DNA from: the human T2T-CHM13v2.0 reference genome, Homo sapiens | DNA: 64,000 nucleotides | Assembly (NCBI RefSeq): GCF_009914755.1 | Contig: NC_060934.1 | Reading direction: 5' to 3' (one strand) | Shown here: positions 53,426-64,000 of the stretch, piece after piece | How positions within the stretch are numbered: the stretch's first letter is position 1 | How the letters are laid out: every line of letters begins with the position of its first letter | Translations under genes and position numbers: made by a program | Notes under the pieces: generated by a model | Seen by the model: the letters and a program-made list of their open reading frames with translations, nothing else | Databases searched by the model: none | Told to the model about the DNA's origin: nothing

Positions 53426-54579
53426 TTAAGTTTTTTTTAAAAATAAAGTACATGTATACATAAAGAGTCAAATAATTTCACAAGGTTGTTACTACAATAG
53501 CAGTCCCTTACCACCCTCACCACACCGTCTATGTAGCTTCTCAGAGGCAGCCATTTTGAACTCCTTCAACTGATTGGTATTGACCGCATTTCATTAAATC
53601 AACAATGCCTGTGATTCTACGATGCAACAAATGCTGCCAGTTAAACTATGGTACACCAAGAGTTAGGCATATCCTGATTATGGAGATGTTGAAACGTTAA
53701 AAAAAAAAAAAAGTGTGTCTCAGAATTGATGAAATGTGGTATTTTCATTTCTTTGAATAACAGACAGCTTATACTTCTTTATTATAAAGTTCGTGAGCCA
53801 TAGAGAAGACATTTTAAAAATAATTATGCCTGGTAAGTGGTGTAATTGTCCCTCTCTATAGAACTAAATCAACCACAAAATATGTCACTGCTCTGAGGGT
53901 ATTTTTAGGTTTCCTTTTTTAGACTATACATATACACAACTCAAATGGCCTCCTCCCACTTCTGTTAATTCTGCCTGGATAATTTCTATTTACACTACTG
54001 GTTCCAAAGTTTTCATCTCTCAAAAGAGACCTCTGTGGGCCCAGAGGGAATAGATTGAAAGACCCTAATAGGTTATATCACTTCATTTAATGGTATTTAG
54101 TGACAGCAAGGACTGAAAGCCTGAATTGGAAAGGAAACCCTTAATTCTACCCCTAATTATCATGATTAAGTAGAAGCTCTGACATTTGATTTTCTTCTTT
54201 TACTTGGAATTCTTGCTGTCTTTCAGCATCCACAGTCAGCATGCTCAGAAGGCTTTCTGTTGTAATGAGCTGAACTCTTGGCCTGACAAAAGCCATTCTC
54301 TCAGCCACACATTCTACTTGCAGCCAAAGGAATCCAGGCATGATTCCCCCCAGCACATCAGGCCATTGAAGCCCCTCCACCCCCAGCTTTTGCCCAGCAT
54401 GTTTCCACTACAATGAAGCCTCTTACTTGCATATCTGCGTAGCTAACTCAATTCTTATGACCCAGCTCCAGCATCACCTTCAAAGTCTTCTTTCTTTTTG
54501 ACTCCTTTTATCTGTGAGTTGCTACTTTCCCAAGCCTCCTACAGCACTTAGCTAATACCTGAATATTAGTGTTGATCAC

Positions 54580-55306
<727 letters not shown>

Positions 55307-56275
55307 TTAATCAGTGGAATCATGGCTATTCATCTCACTGCTGCATCCCTGGTTCCAGAAACAATGCCTAGAACTGAAAACGTAGCCAGTAAATATTGCA
55401 TGGATGAATTAATGGTTTAGGTTAATTGAGATCAGCTGCCTGGGACTGAGGGCGAGTCTAGCTTCTCCAAAAGTACGTGGCTGCCCAATAACAGAAAAAA
55501 ATCAAGGTTTGTTGGAAAAATAAAGGAGATAAAATGGCTGCTGAGAAAGTACTGGTGTTGGCTGCAGAGGTTCAGAGACCTGTTGATTGAGTGAAGGGAT
55601 GGATGGGTGGATGGGTGGATGGGGGCTGTGGGGGATGGTAGGTACATTATTTCCCTGTCCCTATTGCCACTGCTCCTGCCCTTGCAAAGATCACCATCAT
55701 TATCACTTGATTATTAAAATGGCTCTACATGCATATCATCGTCTACCACCATTTTTCTCCTTCTCAATATATTATCTACATTGATGTGAGAATCCCTTCT
55801 AAAACTCAGATTGAATCATGGCATCAGCCTCTTTTAAAAAATTATTCCATAATTAAAAAAAAACCCAAGTCCTTCATATGATAGTCAAGATCCTTCACAA
55901 TTTGATTAGAACGTGTCCACCTCTACCTTCCTCCACCTACATGGTCTTCCCAAACACACCCAATTAGCTTTAGCTATGCTATACAATTAAAGAGTGTATA
56001 TCTCCACACTTGCGGTCCTCTGCTTAGTCTTCCCTTTTTGTTTCTATCAGCTATCTAGGTCAACTATTGCTTCCTCCCTGAAGCCTTCCTAGAACTCTTC
56101 AGACAGAATTTGTCACTCCCTTTTCTAGTTCTCCAATTATACCTGGTGTATACTTCTGAAAAAAAGAAAAAAAAAAACTTCCCTTAGGATAATCTGCTTT
56201 ATATTTGTATTTAAACTATTAGAGCTGGGAAAAGGATTCGCTAGGTTTGTATATGCATCTGTTGTATTGTGGTTT

Positions 56276-56823
56276 TATCAGAGGCATTTGAACCAAAGCA
56301 ACTCCATCTTGAATCGGGGCTGGGTAAAATGAGGCTGAATCCTGCTGGGCTGCATTCCCAGATGATTAAGGCATACTAAGTTACAGGATGAGACAGGAGG
56401 TGAGCACAAGATACAGGTCATAAAGACCTTGCTGATAAAACAGGTATCAGTAAACCTACCCAAACCTACCAAAACCAAGATGGCCAGAAGAGTGTCCTCT
56501 GGTCATCCTCACTGCTATACTCCCACCAGCGCCATGACAGTTTACAGATGCCATGGCAACATCAAGAAGTCACCCTATATGGTCTAGAAAGGAGAGGCAT
56601 GAATAATCCACCCCTTGTTTAGCATTTAACAAGAAATAACCATAAAAATGGGCAACCAGCAGCCTGGGCACTGCTCTGCCTATGGAGTAGCCGTTCTTTT
56701 ATTCCTTTACTTTCCTAATTAGCTTGTTTTCACTTTACTCTCTGGACTCTCCCTGAATTATTTCTTGCGTGAGATCCAAGAACCCTCTCTTGGGGTCTGG
56801 ATCCAGACCACTTTCCTAAAACA
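56276..56823 (+). mobile_element. Solo LTR, MER41A-like
   Basis: tatcagaggcatttgaacc...gagatccaagaaccctctcttggggtctgg; near-TSD gttt/cttt. Confidence 0.92.
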
Positions 56824-59800
56824 CTTTATTGAGACCGACAGCCATATTTGACTCTCTTGATTAGAATAATGCATTGCATATTATAAGCAGTCATTCATGC
56901 TTTCATTCAACAAATGCTGTGGAGTGTCAAATATGTGCCAGACCATGGACAAGACAATTAACATTCATAGAAATGAATTAAATCCTAAGTAGAGTTCCAT
57001 TCACCCACAGCCCATTGTCATTTTCACAGAGTACATAACGCCATGTGATGATTAATTCATTAATTAAGCTGGTTTCCTAACTTAGTGTGAACTTCATTAT
57101 CTTGTCCAAATGCCTATAGCACTCTTGATACACAGTCTTAGAACAAAACAGAGACCCTCACTGTGAAATACTTCCCAGATAATAGCTCATATTCATTTCT
57201 TAAGAGATTAGGTTGCCGCTCTCTGAATTATATGAAACTTTTCATTGGCCCACCTGACCTTTTGGAGACACACTTGTATTGGTGACAAGATGCAGAAGTT
57301 GGGCTCCCTGCGTTTATTGCTGCTTATATCTCATTATTCAATACGAAATGTTTGTGATGTTTTTAAGATGATCCTTAATCTTTTCAATGGCCACATAAAA
57401 CTGTTCTTGTGTACACTGGGGCTTCCTTTTACTTCTTTGTAAGGCACTGATAGAGAAAAATGTACATGTTTTCAAACAGCTCCTATTTTCTTCACAGAGC
57501 AGAGGTAGGGCATCGAAATGTACGCTGCATTTCCTTTCTATGGTTTTAAGAGCGCAGAGCTAGCCCTCCACGGTAAGCCATCAATCCTATTTCAGATCCA
57601 GCCCCTGAACCTCCGTTAAAGCTAATGGAGACAATTATGTCCATAAACCAAAGAGAAAAGAAACCCCTTCATTTGTAAATTAGCCCAATTCCAGTAGATT
57701 CTCTACGTCAAGCCAGGAAAGAATAACATGAAAACATGTCAATCATGAGTCCCTCTATTTAATTGCCTGAAATAAGTGTTGATCTGGGAAGCTTACCACT
57801 GCCACTGATTCCCTCTCAGAAGAAAAAGAATAGCGAACTCTCAACAGTTCCTTGGGACACTGGTCTGCAAGCTCTCCCTATTTTCTTCCTAAATCTTTTT
57901 GGTAAATGCTAAATGACCAGTCTGGTGATTGCTTTTGGTGCCCCCATAAATCCTCGTAGACCAAGTCTCACTTTCCGGAACCCATTCCTTATGGAGATAG
58001 ATTGGCTTTCTTTCCATTGTGCCCATTGTTTATTAGAATGAATGAGAGTAGACATCTCTGTAAGATGGTAAAATACTGAAAAGTACTTTTCTCCTTTCTA
58101 TGAATGACTGCACCTAAGAACAACTGCATCTGAATTTGGTTCTCATTTAAGAAAGTCGTACGTTGACTACCTATGATAGGACTGAAATCTCCAAGAGCAC
58201 TGGCCCAGAAAAGTATTTGGAATTTACAGTTATCTTAGGAATTTCTTCCTTTCGGGGGGCGGGGTGGGGGGGAAGACACTCAGCAAGCATCCCATTGTCA
58301 TTGAGATGTGGGTACTACAGAGAAGCTTCTGACACAACAGCCAAGATTCACCTCCTACTTCTCCTTTAGGAGAAAACCTGTGTATTTCAAAAATGAAATG
58401 AGGTGCGGAGATTTATTTCCACCTACAGAAGCTGTCATCCATGCAGCATTCCCCTATGACATTCCATCTTCATCTTCTTGCAACCTTCTTTGACTATTCT
58501 CCTCTTGCACCACAGTGACTAAGAATATAACTCACAACAAGAACATCCATTCTTTTCAGTCTGGACACTTTGCCTTCACCACGGATGTGCTGCTCCTGGT
58601 TAATAATTGTGCTGTAGCTAAGGCTGCTTGGTCCTGACAGCCAGAGATCCCAGGAGATTAAGAGAGGAACAGTTGCCTTCCCTTGTTCTCATTAATTCTG
58701 TCTACATTCAAAGTCAAGCCCTTTATGCTTCAAAAAAATTATTTCAAACCCAATATTAAAGCTATAGAAAGATAATATACATGGATATTTACAAGATATT
58801 TTATGAAGATACACAATTAGGACAAAACTGAAGGAAATTAAGACTGTCAAAATGTTAATAAGGATGGATGCAGCATTATTGATAATAATGAGAAATTATT
58901 TCTGTTGTATTCACTACTGAGTAGCCAGTGCCTGTACACTGCCTGTACACTGATTGCTTATTATAGAGCAATCATTAAATACTTGTTAAACTGATGAATG
59001 ATAAATAACTTATTAGACTTTCCTAGTTTAAAACTTCAATTCCTTTTAGGTCAGAAATATAATTATCCAATGATGCTACCAGTCAGAACCAAACAATACC
59101 TGCAGGTATTGGGTAGGGTAGGGACAACTCCATGGGATACTGCAGGTATTGATGTGGGTAGTGGTTGCATGAAAATACACACACACACACACACACACTC
59201 ACTCACTCACGTACTCATCCAGATGAACATTTATGATTAGTGCATTTTATATACTTTATTGTTTCTATGTAGCCTCAATTTTTTTAGAAAGTAGGTAACT
59301 ATGGTATGATGCTTCTAATCTATGTGAAAATCTGTTTTGTTCTCCACTGAGAAGGCCCTTTCTCTACTTTTGCTTTTTGAGGATCTTTTATTCCTGGGCC
59401 TATTTGTCTGCTATTTGATTAGCATATACCTATTGGCCCTATTTTCCATTAGCTCTTTCTTAAATGGCTTATAGTCCCAGATAATTGTCTGAATTCATTT
59501 TGCTTTTCTGAAAAACAAAACCCACAAAACTTGAAACCATAAAACAAAAACCTAAAAAAAAAATACAAAAATTGTCAAACACATTTGGACACACTAGAAT
59601 ATGATTTTACAAAAATAATGTAAAGCTGATCACTATTCAGCATTCTTAGAATCCTAAGACTTCTAATTAAGGAAGCACCCAAAATAACATGGAAACAACC
59701 TCTACAGCTTGCAATGATTGGGGCTCTCTCACCAAACAACTTTCTACTCTACTTAGAGAGCACCTAACAACTTCAGACCACAGTCACTGGTGAATGTGCT

Positions 59801-60019
59801 ATTATGAATGGAGACCCCCTTACAATGTGACTTTGAACTGGCCCTATAGCCCCTTTATCCAGGCTTCAATCTCCCCAAAACACAAGAGGCTGCAATTAGA
59901 TCTAAGGTCACAGTCAATGCTATCTTTCTCTGTTTCAATAAAAGTTGAGTATTAGTTATATTAGCAGTACTTCTGAGGTCTTCAAGTTGATTGAATAACT
60001 AGATATTGTACCACTATTT

Positions 60020-60575
60020 AAAACAGCCAAAGTATGGAATCAATCCAAGTGCCCATCAAAGGATGAACAGATGAATAAAATGTCGAATACTGTTCAGCCA
60101 TAAAAAAAATGAAATCCTGCCATTTGCAGCAGTATGGATGAAACTGGAGGTCATTAAGTGAAATAAGCCAAGCACAGATAGACAAATATCACATGTTCTC
60201 ACTCATCAATGGGAGTTAAAAAAGTGGATTTCATCAATATACAGAGTAGATTGATGGTTACCAGAGGCCAGGAAGGGGTGGGGAAAGGAGATGATGAAGA
60301 GAAGTTGGTTAATGGGTACAAATATATCATTGGCTAGAAGAAATAAGACCTAGTGTTAGATAGATCAGTAGAGTGACTATAGTTTACAATATGCTATTAT
60401 ATATTTCAAAATAGCTGGAAGATAAGAATTCAAATAGTTCTAGCATAAAGAAAAGACAAATATTTAAGGTGACAGGTATCCCAGGTACACTGATTTGATC
60501 CTTACAAATTATATGAATGTATTAAATCATCACATGAAATTATATACATCTTCTATGCATCAGTTTATAAGAAGA
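60020..60575 (+). mobile_element. L1MA-like 3' end
   Basis: gaaatcctgccatttgcagcagtatggatgaaactggagg...atggttaccagaggcc...tagatcagtagagtgactatag. Confidence 0.85.
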
Positions 60576-62262
60576 ATAACTATAATTTATTTTCTTTCAC
60601 TGTCTACATAAAAATAATTTAGGTTTTATTTCCCAAGTCAATAATGCAAATGATTGTTGTCTCATGTAATAAAAGTTTAACAAATACTAGTTAGAGGCAA
60701 GGAACTTGATTCTTTGTTACAGGGCACCAAATTGAGTATACTTCATTGTCTCTCCATAAATATTAATTAATGACTTTGTAGCTATTAAAATTATTATCTT
60801 CAGTGCCCCAGAGTTAATACACTACTACTAAGTAAGCAGCTCATCTCCATTTTAGAAGTCTGGACTATCTTTAGAATTTTCCTAGAGTTTATAATCAGAC
60901 CACCCTTGATGTTATAAGTATTAATATTTTGACCAAACTGGGTGAAAACCAGGAAAAGTCAAAAATAAAGGTTAAAACTCAGCTTTGTACTTGTTCTGTG
61001 AACATAAAAGGCCAGAAATGAATGAGGCATATCACATTAAGCTTCTCTGCACTTCTGTACTAATCTGCTGGCCGGATTAGTTTGGTTGTTTTAAAGGAAT
61101 AATGAGCCCAAGTTATTGTCTTAACCTTGAGCTGGAATTTCTGAATATTGATTTAGTTTCACCATGAACTAAGTGGACGTGTACTGCTAAACTGAAGATA
61201 TCTATTATTTCTTCGTCATCGCTATCCCTTGTTCAAGAATCTGCCTCACCCACAGCTCAGAAGGGGCAAGCCCACCTATGACAGCTGCTAGGATTGGGGA
61301 AGGTGGCACCCAACCTAGACCGGCCCATGAGATCCTCCCACACAGGAATTTGAAAGTGAGAAACAAACTGTGAATTCATCAGATGGTGTTGAATTGAAAG
61401 CAGGGCCATATAAAGTTAGGCACCACTTGGCATGTAGAAACCAAATACAAGGTAAAGTCATGGTGATCAGGAACCAGGAAGCTGGCTGAGAAAGCTGGTA
61501 ACTGAGTGGGGAATATCACAGATCACAGAGGAAAGATTTAACCCAAAAAGAACGGGTTAGAGATAATGCATGCCTTATGGCATCCTGGTCACTGTGATAC
61601 ACTGCTATACTCCTGGCCATTGGGTTTGTGTGTGTTTTAGTACATTTAAAGTTGACACATATTATACATATTTATGGAGTATAGTGTGATATATCAATGC
61701 ATATCTGCATTGCCTAGTGAATGCTACTGGGTTTTAAAAGATTACCTGTAGTCTTAATCAATCTCCACTTTGCTGTGCCATTGTAAAAGTGATAAATATG
61801 AGTATTTATAGCCTCATCCTGTCTCTCACATTCATCCACATTCACATTTACACACACTCATATAATTGGTACATACAGCCAGTACAGAATTAAAGAAGGC
61901 AGAATGATTAGACTTGATGTGTATTAGAAAAGAAAACTACTCAAGGTGGGAGCCTGCGCTGGAGAAATATACCCAGGATAGACTGGGGAGAAGTTTGAGA
62001 TCTTTTGAGAGAATTAAATAAGACTAAAGGCTGTTAGGATAATGAATGAGACATTAGAAAAGAGTTTAAAAAGTTTTTACCATTTGTTTAAGTGGAACTC
62101 TTTTTTGGAACCCTTCAGGTTGTTTTGGTAAAGATTTTATTTTCCAAAGTGTTCTTAGGAAATCGTCTTGCATTTCTTTCTTAATGAGAGCCTGGCTGAG
62201 ACTGGACAGAAGGTGACCCAGTGTTATTTGGGTTATGGCAAACCCCAATCTCTTTCAGACAT

Positions 62263-62478
62263 GAGTGTTTCTCAACAGAATTCTAAAAGCATTTTTAGTG
62301 GGACAATTCTTCATTGTGCAGGACCATCCATTAGCTTGAAGTACGTTAGCATTACTAGCCCCTGGGCACTAAATGACAGAGCACTTCTCAGTCACTGTGA
62401 CAACCAAATACATTCTGCACCCATTTCCAAATGCCCCCAGGGTAGGAGAATACTGCCTGTGGTGGAACACCACGGATC
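62263..62478. mobile_element. MER20-like hAT-Charlie MITE
   Basis: agtgtttctcaac...acaattcttcattgtg...tgtgacaaccaaa...ccaaatgccccc...aacaccacgg. Confidence 0.7.
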
Positions 62479-62865
62479 TAGACATTAATAAATTGGTTTC
62501 CATTCATTGCAATGAAACAATTCCAGATGAAGACAGTGGCTCATAAATAAGCATATGAGAATCATTTAATTCTTCCCTAAAGCACTCAACTCAAATATAC
62601 ATGGGATCCTAGATAGCAAACATGATGCTATTTGCTTCATCATGAACAAGGATTGCAAATGCAGCATAAGATATTATCCTCCTAGTCTAACACAAAATCC
62701 TGAAACTGAAAGTGGGTAATGACAACTAACGTCAATGGGAAGATAGCAGAGTAGGCCTTTCACAAAAAAAACATGGCAGACAGCAAGAAGAAAATGGGCC
62801 TCAGTCTGGAGATGAGGTTAAGAAAGTTTGTGACCTCAGAAAGATAAAATCAGAGTAAATCCATA

Positions 62866-63276
62866 TGCTATTGTTTAGATGTTTGTCCCATCAAAATTTG
62901 TGCAGAAATTTGATCCCTGGTCTTGGAGGTAGGGGCCTAATGGGAAGTGCTTGGGTCATGGGGGTGGATTCCTTATAAATAGATTAATGCCTTCCCTATA
63001 GGGGAGAGTCATTTCCACAAGAACTGGTTATTATAAAGAGCTTGGTGCCTCCCTCTCTCTCTCTCGCTTTCTCTCTCACTGTGTGATCTCTGCACACGTT
63101 GGCTCCCCTTCACCTTCCACCACAAGTGGTAACAGCCTGAGGATCTCACTAGAAGCAGACGCTGGGACCATGCTTCCTGTACAGCCTGCAGAACCAGGAG
63201 CCAGATAAACCCCTTTTCTCTATAAATTACCCAGCTGCAAGTATTTCCTTAGAGCAACACAAAATGGACTAAAACA
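62866..63276 (+). mobile_element. Solo LTR, MSTB-like (MaLR)
   Basis: tgctattgtttagatgtttgtcc...gggtcatgggggtggat...cagcctgcagaacc...ggactaaaaca; TSD ccata/acata. Confidence 0.9.
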
Positions 63277-64000
63277 ACATACCTTTGTATCAAATCCCAT
63301 AATACTGAGGCTAAAAGCATGAACAGAAGTTAACAATTTGAGCACACCTTGTACTAGGCACTAGTTAGAAAATGCTACCATTCTTAGACAAATAAAGGCA
63401 AGTGCTGCTTCATAAGATGAGGTTCTTAAAAACTGTGGTTCAGCAAAAGTACATTTTAAAAATAAGATTTGTGCACTGGTTTCTCCGTCTACCCTCTACA
63501 ATGTTCTTCTCCCAGATAATCACGTGAGCCACTTGCCCACCATTTTCATGGCTGTGTGAAAATATCAGCTTCTCAGTGAGGTTACCTGACCACCCAGTTT
63601 GAAACAGCAGCTTCCACTCTGAGCTCATCACTGTCTGTTTCTCTTATCTGTTCTTTTCCACAGCTCTTCTCACCATTCAATACACTGTGCATTCACTTTT
63701 TTTTTTTTTTAAATCTAGGTGGAAGGCAGTCCGTTCACTGGGATGTAATGGATTTTTTAAAGTCTAGATTGAAGGCAGTATCCCTTCATCGTGATGGAAG
63801 GAATTTAAAACTTTCTAGTTGGGAAGACAAATGAAAAGCCTCATAATGAGGTTAAAGTCAAGGATGCAAAAGAAACCTACCCCCACAACCACATAAATGG
63901 CATGATAATGTGTATGTGTTGCCTCAGACACCACAGTGACTATCTTTGTATGAAGTATAAAGCAGACCAATTCAGACAAAAATGAAAATGTACCAGAAAA

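Overview
Repeat-rich, non-coding primate genomic DNA, most likely human or another ape (AluJ/S/Y, young L1PA and MER41 are present). I can support no protein-coding exon, RNA gene, CpG island or CRISPR-like array; the ORF track is mostly repeat-derived or short chance ORFs. The window holds about 23 Alu/FLAM elements, several L1 3' ends, long L2 relics carrying nested insertions, MIRs, about 19 solo LTRs (five same-strand MER41, LTR8, MLT1/2, MSTB, MER4, MER61, and one inserted into an Alu with a perfect TSD) and several DNA transposons (a near full-length decayed Hsmar1 mariner, an internally deleted MADE1, MER5A, MER6, MER20, MER33). Less obvious signals: (i) a heavily eroded RTE-type LINE fossil at ~21.4-24.2 kb, recognisable only from co-linear endonuclease and RT peptide motifs; (ii) a ~217-bp unit duplicated 1,000 bp apart that keeps its hairpins, with one copy inside an L2; (iii) a pure (AAGGG)16 tract in an Alu tail, the same motif and context as the RFC1/CANVAS repeat; (iv) a CTCF-like motif between two closely spaced inverted Alus; (v) a + strand bias of LTRs and L1s hinting at a - strand host transcript; (vi) repeat-free islands with enhancer-like motif clusters. 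I found no convincing new gene system. Subfamily names come from my memory of consensus sequences and need RepeatMasker/Dfam confirmation.
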